From assembly GCF_964355755.1 (NCBI RefSeq), contig NC_092670.1, forward strand, positions 6,624,201 to 6,688,200: a DNA stretch of 64,000 bases. Reading direction: 5' to 3'. Origin of the DNA: Antedon mediterranea (taxonomy: Eukaryota; Animalia; Echinodermata). The notes beneath the pieces are model-generated. The model was not told where the DNA came from. It saw only the letters and a program-made list of their open reading frames with translations, and made no database searches. Below, piece after piece: positions 40,896 through 52,308 of the stretch (position 1 is its first letter; each line of letters begins with the position of its first letter). A program made the position numbers and the translations under genes.

Positions 40896-42250
40896 ATTGC
40901 GAATTAAAGTTGGTTTCAGTAGACTTTTCTTTGGCTATCACATATTTGTTGTGTGCGTTAATTACTTTGTCTACGCTGGGCATGCAACTGTAGCTTAGTT
41001 TCAAGGTATTTTTGTTAAATATTTTTCTGAGCTTGTTGCCGGCAGGAAAACAATCTTCTACTATAGCTAAAAACTTGTGGCCGATGTTGGTTGCTACGTT
41101 TTTGCTGAATGGTGGGTTAAACCAAATTATGTTTCTGGTACGTGATTTTTTGGGCTTCTGCTGTTCAGCATTGAACTCAAGTTGATGATTGTATCCACTT
41201 TCTTTGAGGGCTTCCTGGTATAGGGGTGCAGATGCATGAAATGTATCTTTGTCTGATGAGATGTCAGAAAGGCGTCTATTTATAGCAAGTGGGATGTTTC
41301 GGATAATAGATGGAGGATGGTTGCTGTCATGGTGCACGTAGGTTGGTTTGTTATTAGGCTTAGTGAAAGGTCGGAAGATCCCTGTCCTTAGGTCGAACGT
41401 TAAATCCAAATAATTGACTATTTTCTTGTTAGCATCAATTGTTAGCTTGAGGTTGTTCTCCTGGAAAACCTTCAAAGCTTCCCATTGTGACGTCAAACAC
41501 AGGTTGGTTTTCAGTTCCTTTTTTGCACCATGTAGCGTTATCATGGAAAAGGAGTGACTTTTTCGCTTGGATAATAAAATTTGTTTCTTCTTCGGAGATT
41601 GCTTCAAACTCGGAGGCGAATTTAAGGGCTTTTTTAAGTAGGTCACTGGTTATTGACGGATAGAAATCAACTATGTCGAAGCAAATAAACGAGTGCTTCT
41701 CCTTGTTTTGAATGTTCTTATACCATTCGATAATAGAATTAGTGTTCTTCAGATAATATTCAGATAATATTTATTTAGATAATAATGAATGAATATATAC
41801 AAAATAGAAAAAAGATATTAAAGTGAACATAGCTAAAGCAGTAATTGGTAGTCATTATTATCATGGAACCCTTCTAGAAGTTAAAAACTTGTCTCGTAGG
41901 GACCCATAACAAAACACATTACTAAAAAAATAAAAATAACCTAGAATATATAATTATATAATTTAGGATAAAAAATTACAGTATAATAACATAACTAACA
42001 TCTTCTTTATAAAAATTATTTAAATTATATTTCAATAGTTTCATGATAATTATAAATGAAATAACTACCGATATTGGTAAATGAAAAAAAAATATGTATA
42101 CATAAATTATAATTCCAGTATATATATAGTATATACTATATATACATTATATATAGTATAGATTAAAGATTGCAATAATAAACAACAACTAATATTTTGT
42201 GTAAGACATAAATAGTATATGAGTATAAATAATGATAATAAGCATATTAA

Positions 42251-45200
42251 CTAAGCAGTATAATATTTAAATATATAATGATTCTTTAACTTTTTTCGGA
42301 AAGTAAATAATGATATTGACGTTTTGATATTTGGTGGGATATGATTCCACAAATTAGGACCTGATATAGTTATAAAAAATTTAGTTTTTGTAAGTCTAGC
42401 AAAAGGAATGTTTAAATGAGAAGTTCTTAAATTGTAATTGTGAAATTTGGTACGTTTACAGAGCATATCAATCATAGAAATAGGAAGTTGGTTTTTAAAA
42501 TAATTAAACATAAAACTGGCAACTTGAACATTGTGGATATCCGTTAATTTTAATATACCAAGACGTTTAAAAAGGGGTTCAGATGAGGTTCTATATGGTG
42601 AAAAAGTAATAATTCTAGCTGCACGTTTTTGTAATTTAGTTAATCTAGCAATATTAGAAGAGTAATCTGCAGCCCAAATAATGTTACAATACTGGAAATA
42701 AGGAAGTACAAGTGTGTTATAAAGAGAAATTAAAATATTTAGAGGGAAGAAGTGCTTAAGTCTGTTAATAATACTAATAGATCTTGATATTTTTTTCGAA
42801 ACGTAATTTTGATGACTGGTCCATTTGAGGTTTTCATGAATATATACACCTAAAAAAAGTGTTTCAGTTTTGCGTTCAATTTGAATTCCGCCAAGAAGTA
42901 TATTTAGGTCATCAACTTTTAGTTTACGTTGAGAATTGTGAAAAATTAAATAATTTGTTTTAAGAGTATTAATAAGTAATTTGTTTGAAATAAACCAGTC
43001 ACAAAATTTTGTTAATTCATCATTGAATGTAGTAAATAATAAATCAATATTGGAATTAGAGTAAAATAAGGTGGTGTCGTCGGCGAAGGATATTACTTGC
43101 AATTTGTTACTGACATTAGCCAGATCATTAACATAAATAAGGAAGAGCAATGGCCCAAGCACAGATCCCTGTGGCACTCCGCAAGTAATATCCATCGTCG
43201 ACGATGTACAAGATCCTAATGCAACATATTGTTTTCTATCTTTCAAATAACTATTAAACCAATTCAATGAAATACCTCTAATTCCATAGCACTCAAGTTT
43301 TTTAATTAAATTATCGTGATTAATAACATCGAAGGCCTTTGAAAGATCAATAAATAAACTTAATAAATTTTCTTTTGATTCAAATGAATTTGTAATATTA
43401 TTAATAAGATCTAAAACGGCATGGGATGTAGAGTGATTTTTTCGAAAACCATATTGGCGTTTATTAAGTATATCAAATTTTGTGAGATAATCAGAAAGTT
43501 TAGAATACATGAGTTTTTCAATAATTTTGGAAAACACTGAAAGTAGTGATATTGGCCGGTAATTAGATAATTGACTTCGTTCACCTTTCTTGAAAATGGG
43601 CACAACTTTAGCTAGTTTTAAGTGTGTTGGAAAAGTGCCAGATAAAAAAGATGAATTTATACAATGGGTAAGTTGGTGAATGATTAAGGGAGATACAGAT
43701 TTTAAGACACGAGCAGTAATACCGTCAGATCCAGACCCTTTATTAGAATTTAGATTGTATATAGTTAGGTTAACATCATCAATTGAAACTGGGCTAATAT
43801 AAAATGAATTGGCAAACGCAGAATGAAGATAAGATAATGGATCAGTTATATTAGTTGGCATACTATTAATAAGATTAGGACCAATTGTAGAAAAATAGTT
43901 GTTAAACGATTCACATATCTCTTTTTGAGTTTTGTAAATATTATCACCGTCTTTAATTAGATTCGGGTGCTTGTTATTATTATTACCTTTATTTAAAACA
44001 GAATTTATTACAAGCCATGTGTTCTTCAGATTACCTTTATATCTATCAAACTGGGAAGTATAATAATTCTTTTTAGCAGTGCGACAAAGATTAGTGAAAA
44101 TATTATTATATTTTGTATAGTTTAATTTGTCAATATTACTACGTGTGTGCATATATTTGTTATAAAGTTTATGTTTCCGAGAACTACATTTTAAGAGAGC
44201 AGATGACATCCATGGTTGTTTAAACGTTTTATTTGATTTTATACTACTTTTAACCAAGTGTCTGGAGTGGATATTTGTAAATTTTTCAATAAATATATCA
44301 AAACTCAATCTTGGGTCACAATCAAATATCATAGACCAGTCTTCACCTTCTAAATCAATCGATAAGGCATTTAGGTCGTTTATACGAAATGAATAGTTGG
44401 CGCTATTATCATCAAGGTTTTGATCATTAATTTCTTGATCAATGAACTGAAATATAGGAAGGTGGTCGGAGATATCATTAAGTAAAACACCAGCAACTAT
44501 TTTATAGTTAGATTGTTTGGAATAAAAATGATCAATCAAGGTGGCCGAAGTTGAGGTAATCCTAGTTGGTTTTGAAATAGTTGGAAAAAAAAGAATGGGA
44601 AATTAAGGTATTTAGGTAGGTGTTTGTTAATTTATGGTTATGGAATTTTAATAAATCAATATTGAAGTCTCCCATGAGATGACAATTTTTGTTTTCATTG
44701 TTAATTTGGGTTAATACATTATCGACGGATTTAGTAAAAGAATCTAGCCCTCCACAGGGGGCTCTGTAAATAATGCCTATAATATCATTTTTTGTCTTTG
44801 AATTTTCAATCTCAACAAAAAGTGATTCGGAAAGGTCGTCTGGTAATTTTAAGTCATTTCGAATTGTAATGCTAATATCATTACGTATAAAAAATGCAAC
44901 TCCTCCGCCAATTTGATTATTGCTTCTATTGCTTGCAAAGAAGGAGTAGTTATTAATGAAAGGAATAGGGGAGTTTTCATTAAGCCATGTTTCACTGATA
45001 CCGATTATGGAAAATTTGTTATTAATTGAATTCAAAAGGCATTCGAGATCATTAACTTTATGCGTAATACTTCTAATATTAAGATGCAGGAGAGATAGTT
45101 TAGTATTAAAGGATGTATTAAACTTAGAATTAAATTGTGAATAATCATAAAAGCTGCATTCATCTAGGGTAACTGACTGTGAATTGAGATTATTAATTAG

Positions 45201-45350
45201 TTGATCAAAAGATTCATCATATTTGTCATTTTCATTGTAATTAACTGGATTAAAGGTTATGTTAGAAATATCATTGTTGTTAGTAAGTTCAGAGTTCACA
45301 TTAAAGTCATAAAAAGGAAGTAAGTGAAGATAATTAACATTCATTAACAA
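42251..45350 (-). CDS. LINE ORF2 (APE endonuclease + reverse transcriptase); +1 frameshift in an A8 run at 44585-44592
   Basis: HLNIRS, ISETWL, GDFN, SDHLP; NYRPISLL, QYGFR, DLSKAFD, GVPQGSVLGP, FADD; removing one base restores SFFPTISKPTRIT..TLID. Confidence 0.92.
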
Positions 45351-45534
45351 TAGCTGCGTATAGCGTTATCTAAAAAAGAAATACAGCAATAAGCATGCAT
45401 GAGACTGTATACATTAATACATAATTAATGAGAAGCAAAATAAACAATTCTTGAAATAAAAATATATTATAGGTAATATTTCGGTTGACGGTAAGTAGAG
45501 TCAAAGTAAAGTTAAATTATTGCGACGACTAGAA

Positions 45535-46383
45535 TTACTCAGTAGCTACGGGGGCATGTGCTTCCTTGAGGTTCGGGTAGTATTTGGCAAGATGATCCAT
45601 GTCGATGAATGTGCGAACATAACCATTTGCATCTATGTAACGCAATTTGTCAAGGTGGAGCCAGGCCTTTACTTTGTTGGAATGCAGGTATTTCATCGAT
45701 GAGTATAATGCCTTTCTTCTGCTTATCACTCTGCTGGTAAAATCATTATTTACGTAGATGTTATTATCTTTAAATTTAGGTCTCACTTTTGGAGCTGCCT
45801 TGCGTACTCTTTCTTTAGTGGAATATCTGAGAAAGTATGCAACAAGTGGTCTCGGTTTATCCCTGGTGGTATTACGTGGTCCAACTCGATGGGCTCGTTG
45901 TATATCATCATTAGCGATTTTGATGCCGGTGGTATTGGAAATAAATGAGGAAAGGAAATTAACAGTACCTTCACTATCCTCCGCTTGTTCGGGTATGCCA
46001 GTAAACCTCAGATTGTTACGGCGTTGACGTCCTTCTAGGTTGTCGATTTTGTCGCGTATCTCTTCTATGCATTCCGTAGTGGATTGCTGTGTATCCTCGG
46101 CAATATCCTTCAGCTTAACATCCATGAAATCAGAATTTTCCTGCATATCGGCGTGCAAATTCCTCAGTTCTTTTTGTAAACCGGTGATTTCAAGATTGAG
46201 GATGGTAATGTCTTTTTCCAAGGAGACAATCTTGGTGACTGCGTCGCATAATGTAGATTTAATATCAGCAATGGTTTTGCAGCCCATGATTGACTTGATG
46301 AGAGTCGACAGCCAGGTGTTCGGTTCAGCGGCGCTAATATTTAAATTAGAAATATTTGGCTCTTTGTTTTCCACGTTGGCCAT
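45535..46383 (-). CDS. LINE ORF1 (coiled coil + L1-type RRM/CTD)
   Basis: LEGRQRRNNLRFTGIPE..IQRAHRVG..PRPLVAYF. Confidence 0.9.
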   Translation of the reverse strand: MANVENKEPNISNLNISAAEPNTWLSTLIKSIMGCKTIADIKSTLCDAVTKIVSLEKDITILNLEITGLQKELRNLHADMQENSDFMDVKLKDIAEDTQQSTTECIEEIRDKIDNLEGRQRRNNLRFTGIPEQAEDSEGTVNFLSSFISNTTGIKIANDDIQRAHRVGPRNTTRDKPRPLVAYFLRYSTKERVRKAAPKVRPKFKDNNIYVNNDFTSRVISRRKALYSSMKYLHSNKVKAWLHLDKLRYIDANGYVRTFIDMDHLAKYYPNLKEAHAPVATE

Positions 46384-47420
46384 TGTAGATGTTTAGTTAG
46401 AATAAATAACAAAAGTGTACCTATATTTAATGCAACCGATACGTTCACTATCCAGGTAGGTATACAGGTCTCATGCAGTTAGTAGCTTATCCTTGCAACA
46501 TGCTATCACAGGTAAGCGAGTACTGTATCTAAAAACGTATACGTGTGAGAGCTCCGCTCAAACACGTCTGCACTCGACGAAGGACAGTCAAATAATTGAT
46601 TTAATCCTGTAGACGCTATTATTTTCTTATTTATTCTTTCAAGGATTTGTTTACTTACGATGCCAATTTCTGATTTCGATGGGTTGATCAATCTACATGT
46701 CGGGTTGTTCTCGAAGTTGGGTTTGTGGTCTTTTAGTGTTATAAAAGCTTCCTTCTCGGCTAAACGCTCGATTCTGCTTTCCAATTTTAGTTTTGCGGCG
46801 GTTTCATATTCATCTCTGGCTAATTTAGAAGTTGTGCTTTTGTTCGTCTTCTTATAAGATTTTGTAACATTGTTGTTGAGTAGATTGTTGTATACTGGGG
46901 TATCGACTCGATAAAAATTCGTTGTTTTGTCGGCGGGTATTATTAGCTTGTTGTCTTTTTTGATTTTGTTGACATCTTCTAGCAATTTATCTTGGAATTC
47001 GCTGTTGCAATTCTTGAAATGAACATTTCTGACAAAGATTTAACATTTTTTCTTCAAATTCACAAAGCTCCACTACGGGTTTCGGAGATGTAGATGTTTT
47101 AAATCCATACGTTTAATTCTTTGTTGATGTTTGCGGTTGCGGGTTAAGGAAAAAATATGCTTTCCAGCGAACTCTTCTAAGGAACGACTCAGTCTTCTCG
47201 ACTAAACACTTCAAATAATCCTGTGGTTGTGCCAGTGGGATGTTTTTAGTGGAATATCCAAGGTTAATGCGTTCCATATTGATCTGGAGAGTGCTCGACA
47301 ATTAAGGAGCGTAATATTCAGGTTGAAATTTTCAGACCGTTTGGATAGAGTGCTCAATACCAAGGTAGAGCATAAATAAATAAAATAACAGCATACAACT
47401 TGGTTACTTCATTGTTTTAA

Positions 47421-47476
47421 TCACTACAAATTTGTTTCGTACGACCAGCATGTAGCTGGCCGCACTCTTCAGGTGA
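47421..47476 (-). ncRNA. Type I hammerhead ribozyme in the Penelope B 5' region
   Basis: UCAC-CUGAAGA-GUGCGGCCAGC-uacau-GCUGGUCGUAC-GAAA-CAAAUUUG-UA-GUGA: intact core, stems I-III pair. Confidence 0.85.
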
Positions 47477-47571
47477 AATATAAAACATAAGTGACACAGT
47501 TGCCTCATAGTGCTTAATAGAAGTGAGTCATCAGGAAGTCGTATACAATAGCCTATTGTTATATATATATA

Positions 47572-47886
47572 AGTAGTATATGAGGGAAACCAGGCCAAAA
47601 TATAATTTTATACCCCCAGGGCAGAAGTATTCCAGACCCGAATAGAAGGTCATACCCCCAGGGAATATTTCATATTTCTATTGTTTAATTTCCAGGTATT
47701 GTAATAATAATTAGTGAAAGGTCACTCTTTGTACCAGACCCGAATGGAATGTCATATCCCTAGGGTGTATATTATATTTTCTATTGTTTAATTTCCTGTT
47801 ATTGTAATATTAATTAGCGAAAGGTCATTCTTTGTTAGAGAAGGGGGTTTGTTATTTTGGCGGGGTTTTCGTTTTGGCCTGGGTTA
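47572..47886 (+). repeat. Maverick left TIR (with ~102-bp subrepeats)
   Basis: 47633-47886 is the reverse complement of ~63099-63352; terminal 11 bp identical. Confidence 0.9.
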
Positions 47887-48139
47887 AAATATATTAGTGA
47901 AGGTAGTTCTTTGTTTGAGGATTGCTATTGTTATTTTTAGGCGGTTTGACCATTGCATAGGTCACCTTTGTTTAGTATTTCCTAATTTCTTTTGTTCATT
48001 GTTCTTTTTGTTTGGTACAATAGTTTTGTTTTTTATATTTTAGAGCCGTTTCTTTTTAGACATTGTAAGAAGAGGGACTGCTTTTTGTGACCTTTCCAGT
48101 TGTTTCGTCTATTTTATCGTAGAGTTACAGTATTTCGCT

Positions 48140-48691
48140 ATGTCTGGAAGTATAGATTTTTCGTTAGGTGGCTGTGTAGATACAGTTATAATTATTAACG
48201 ATGATGAGGAGACTGTTGTTACAGGTAACGATATCGGTGATCGGTACATGCGGACCAATGAGGGTGTACCCACCGGTGTTGATGAAGGAGATGAGAGGGG
48301 TAGCCGGGCTACAAGTTGTATATTTACGTACGTAGATGAGGTGGAGAGAGAATTTTTATTGAAATTGGAATATTTAACCAGAGAAGTGTTTGTTTCTCAA
48401 ATGTTAAACATGTGTTGGATGTTAAGTAAAGCGGCTTGTTATGGTTGCGAATTTGATAGGCCTGGTCAAAAAGATCATGACTTCTGTTTAATGAAATCTC
48501 CAGAAGAACAGATTGATTATTTTTATCGGGAGGTTCTGGATAAAGAGTATGTTACAGACGATACCGTGTACAGCGAGATGAATAAGTACGAGGAATATTC
48601 ATTACCACGGTATAGACATTTTGTTTACTTTCTCGTAAATACCTTGACTAATTCAGAGAACCTGTATAAGTTATTGTGTGAGGATATCTAA
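48140..48691 (+). CDS. Maverick accessory protein, acidic, with CxxC..H..C motif
   Basis: 183-aa ORF containing CYGCEFDRPGQKDHDFCL; first gene inside the left TIR. Confidence 0.65.
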   Translation: MSGSIDFSLGGCVDTVIIINDDEETVVTGNDIGDRYMRTNEGVPTGVDEGDERGSRATSCIFTYVDEVEREFLLKLEYLTREVFVSQMLNMCWMLSKAACYGCEFDRPGQKDHDFCLMKSPEEQIDYFYREVLDKEYVTDDTVYSEMNKYEEYSLPRYRHFVYFLVNTLTNSENLYKLLCEDI

Positions 48692-48947
48692 AACGTGTTT
48701 CGCACGTGCCACGGAAAAACGATTGACCGGAAAACAAACAGTTAACAATGCTTTAAGCCGCACGCGTTGTAGGGAGACAATTGATAGGAAAAACAATTAA
48801 CAACGCTTTAGGCTAATTACTTTTAAAAAGGTACTTCCGTACTCAACTGTATATATATCGGAGCTGATTCAAACGAAATCATTCAGAACTATCAACCATC
48901 ATTCGTTTTACTCTCTCTGTACATCACTCTACATACAATCGCTCAAC

Positions 48948-49764
48948 ATGAGTTTCAAAAACGTACCTGCTCCAAAATTAGCAATTGGTGAGAAGGCTCG
49001 TAGGACTATGAAAAGAGTTATGGGAAGCTCTAAATCTGACGAGTTAAGCAGTTTTAAAGTACCAACGATGACTTCTAACTCCTCGAAATTATTGGATCCT
49101 AGAAAATTTTTCAACAGTCAATCTAACGATTTGAGTAAAGCAACGAAGCCGTCAACAAGTAAAAAAACATTTCACTCTGCCTCAGGAATGAGCGCCAAGG
49201 ATTATACCGAAATGACCGGTGCTGAACCAAAGATTACAATAACCTCAACAAACAGGATTTTTCTGTCTGAAAAACGCCATGTAGTGGCCCAGCGCTGGGG
49301 TGAAGTTGTTTATGTTTGCCTCAGAGAATTTTATCAAACGGAAGAAAATGGTGCCTTCAAACCTGGACCTGTAGGTATTAATTTACCCGTTCTGTTGTGG
49401 CAAAAACCTTTTACCAATATTGATTTAATTCTTCAAGCCCTAGACGATTTGCAAAGAGACATTAACTTGGTGGAGGCAGTAAGAATCCCTCTTTCGGACA
49501 CACCTATAATACATGTGATAGTTAGTAACTGGAAAGAAGAGCAGTTTGTATGTATTCGCCGTTGTTACCAGGCCGAAGAAGGAGGCGAGTTTAAACCCGG
49601 CAAAAAGGGTATAAACCTTCCAAAAAAAACAGTGGTACAAGTTAATCGAACAACACGGTGAAATACAAAAGATGATTGAAGAGGTTGATAAAGCAGTTAC
49701 CGTCGACGGTGGTGTTGACGAAAACGATAACGGAGGACGCAGGCCTACATCAATGTTGAAATAA
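48948..49764 (+). CDS. Tandem PC4-like ssDNA-binding protein; +1 frameshift in an A8 run at 49622-49629
   Basis: Two repeats of V..W....YV.(L/I)R.FY......FKPG..GINL...W; the corrected frame continues KQWYKLIEQH to TAA 49764. Confidence 0.8.
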
Positions 49765-50047
49765 CTTTCTTAACAATGAACTCTAAATCAAATTATTTGT
49801 TTACCGACGTCATTTACAATTTATTTGTATTCTTTTATTTTCACGATTATTCTAATTACTTGCAATTATTTTTAAAAGTATTTGTATTCCGAATGTATGT
49901 AAACTATATTTCCAATTGTACTATATTTGATTCGTGCGGTGTGTTAATAAAAAATATTGTTTGATAATTTACAAAAAAATGTTGTTGTTCTTTTTTTAAA
50001 AGTAATGTTTTATGTGTGAGTGTTTCATTTCAACGAGTGAGAGAGTT

Positions 50048-51111
50048 ATGGACAGACTATTAAGTTCTACGTACTACGACCCAAAAAACCCTGGTAGTTT
50101 CGGGGGTGTCGATCGACTTTATACAAACGTGAAAAATGAGTCTAATATTTCAAAGACTGACGTTCAAGACTGGTTAGAAAAACAAGATACGTACACTCTT
50201 CATAAACCTATTCAAAGACGTTTTCAGAGAAACAGGGTGTTTGTTACAGCTATTGACGAGCAGTGGGAATTGGATCTCGTTGACTTGTCTTCTTTAAAAA
50301 AGTATAATAAACAAAACACGTTTCTTATTACGTGTATAGACGTACTTAGTAAATATGCATGGGCCGGGTTTTACCTATAAAGAATAAATCTGCCGATTCT
50401 ATGCTTACTGCTATGAAAAAACTATTATCTGGAAAAAGAAAGCCATTAAAAATTCACACTGATAAAGGTACAGAGTTTACTAATCGTAAAGTTCAAGCGC
50501 TCCTAAAATCGTTGAATATACATTTTTTCACTACCAATAACGAAACAAAAGCTAGCATCGTGGAAAGATTCAATAGATCGTTGAAAACTAGGATGTGGAG
50601 ATACTTTACATCAAAAGCTACTCGAAAATATATAGACGTACTTCCAAAATTGGTATCGAGTTACAATAATTCTAAACACAGATCAATCGGTATGGCGCCC
50701 TCACAGGTTACAAAAGATAACGAACATGAAGTTTGGGAAAATCTGTATAAAATGAAGCAAAAGAAACAAGTTCGGCCCAAGTTCAAAGAGGGTAATAAAG
50801 TACGAATAAGTAGATACAAAATGCCTTTCGAGAAAGGTTACCTGGCAAACTGGACGGAGGAGATATTTAGGATACGTAAGCGTACCGGTTCGACCGTTCC
50901 CACATATAAACTGGAGGATTGGGACGGCGAAATCATAGAAGGTACTTTTTACGAAAAGGAATTGCAAAAAGTATCCAAAAGCGACAAGGATACGTATCGC
51001 GTGGAAGAAGTAATAAAGAAAAGAAAACGAGGAGGGAAAACGGAATATTTCGTTAAGTGGTTAGGTTATCCGGCCAAGTTCAACAGTTGGGTTCAGAATA
51101 TTGCCCGGTAA
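50048..51111 (+). CDS. Retroviral-type (rve) integrase with C-terminal chromodomain; frameshift near 50362-50368
   Basis: YYDP..PGSFGG; WELDLVD; IDVLSKYAW; TDKGTEF; IVERFNRSLK; YRVEEVI..EYFVKWLGYP..NSWV. Confidence 0.93.
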
Positions 51112-51116
51112 ACATC

Positions 51117-51893
51117 ATGACGGCTCAGTTTTACGTCCTCTTACCTAGCAACAGTTCCATGAACTGTTTTCCCGAAAATACTCTTACGAGATACACGACC
51201 AAGCTGGCGGAGCCTATTCATTTGTACGGTGAATGGGAGGTTGGTTTAAGCGAAATTTATTATCCCCACACGTGGTATAACGTCGACGATACCAACAATA
51301 AATTGCTGGTGAATATAAGCGATAACGAATTAGAAGAAGAAGACTCGTCGATCGAAATAGCTATAGCCCCAGGGTTTTATTCAACCGGAGGTAAAGTGAT
51401 TGATGCTCTTAACGAGGTTTTGGTTTCAAAGTCGTTACAGTCCAAAGTGAGATTTCGGTTCAGCTCAATTAAAGAAGTGATTAACGTGGAAACCGCCAAA
51501 GAAGCATCAGTTACGCTATTAAATGGATTACCCATATTACTCGGTATGGACGAATCATCGATTCCCCGAGGATCTATTACACACGGTTCTAGACCCGCGT
51601 ACATTCATCACAGAGTGCCGACGTTGTTTTTGTACACCGATATAATCGAATCTCAACGAGTTGGAGACGCGAGCGTCCCTATTTTGAAAGCGCTACAAAC
51701 CAGAGAATCAAACATGAAGAAAAATGTCGGACATACGTTTGCTAGTCCTCAATACAAAAGGGTGGTGAAAAAAGATATCGATACCATCCTTATAGATATA
51801 AGAAACGACACGGGAGAAAAGGTATCATTTCAACGAGGAAGGGTTCTCGCTAAACTACATTTCAGACAGGCCAGATCGTCGTACCTCGTTTAA
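51117..51893 (+). CDS. Maverick minor capsid (penton, PX)
   Basis: FYVLLPSNSS..FP.NT; WEVGL.EI.YP; YTDII..Q.VGD; I.IDIR...G..V.F..G.....LHF. Confidence 0.85.
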   Translation: MTAQFYVLLPSNSSMNCFPENTLTRYTTKLAEPIHLYGEWEVGLSEIYYPHTWYNVDDTNNKLLVNISDNELEEEDSSIEIAIAPGFYSTGGKVIDALNEVLVSKSLQSKVRFRFSSIKEVINVETAKEASVTLLNGLPILLGMDESSIPRGSITHGSRPAYIHHRVPTLFLYTDIIESQRVGDASVPILKALQTRESNMKKNVGHTFASPQYKRVVKKDIDTILIDIRNDTGEKVSFQRGRVLAKLHFRQARSSYLV

Positions 51894-51918
51894 AAAAAAC
51901 AACAACAAATAAATAAAG

Positions 51919-52305
51919 ATGGGGGCAGATGATTACGAAGATTACTACGTCAGACAGGCTGGAGGTATCGATATACCGGTGTTCCAAGGGTCGTACAATC
52001 AAAGAGGGTTCGGGTTGGGAGGTATCTTGTCCGGTCTCTTTAAACAGGCTGTACCGCTGCTAAAGAAAGGTGCAAAGGCTCTCGGAAAACAAGCATTGCG
52101 CACGGGTGGCGAATTAGTGGGAGATGTTCTGAGCGGTAAAAGCGTTAAACAAGCTGCAAAACGCAGATTTACTCAGGCGGGTCAACGTATCGTTTCCCAA
52201 AATGGTAACGGTAGGGTGAATAAAAAGAGAAAACGTAAGCGTAAAGGCATCAGTCGATCGAACGCAAAGAGAGTAAGAAGATCCTCCGATATATTCGATA
52301 TCTAA
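51919..52305 (+). CDS. Basic core/membrane-active virion protein (cupiennin-like amphipathic helix)
   Basis: QRGFGLGGILSGLFKQAVPLLKKGAKALGKQAL and a K/R-rich tail; lies between mCP and MCP. Confidence 0.8.
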   Translation: MGADDYEDYYVRQAGGIDIPVFQGSYNQRGFGLGGILSGLFKQAVPLLKKGAKALGKQALRTGGELVGDVLSGKSVKQAAKRRFTQAGQRIVSQNGNGRVNKKRKRKRKGISRSNAKRVRRSSDIFDI

Positions 52306-52308
52306 AAA

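Larger units (their letters stand above)
41748..46594 (-). mobile_element. Apparently full-length CR1/L2-group (Crack-like) LINE nested in Penelope B
   Basis: 5' UTR, ORF1, APE-RT ORF2 and 3' UTR ending AATAAA plus (TATTATCTGAA)2; the Penelope frame resumes on both sides. Confidence 0.9.
40913..47560 (-). mobile_element. Penelope-like element B, interrupted by a LINE; RT core deleted; 3'-truncated before GIY-YIG
   Basis: YSTKNIP..RWKAYFF; PADKT; FITLKDHKPNF..P.CRLINP.KSEIG; LNQ/WKNT split by the LINE; YLDLTFDL; YVH..SNHP; IIWFNPPFS; KLSYSCMP. Confidence 0.92.

Noticed and set aside
45758-46396. Antisense ORFs over LINE ORF1, and similar ones over MCP, PolB and INT
   Set aside because: Shadow frames of real genes with no motifs.
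47630-47900. Regularly spaced repeats resembling a CRISPR array
   Set aside because: Eukaryotic context; these are TIR subrepeats without unique spacers or cas genes.
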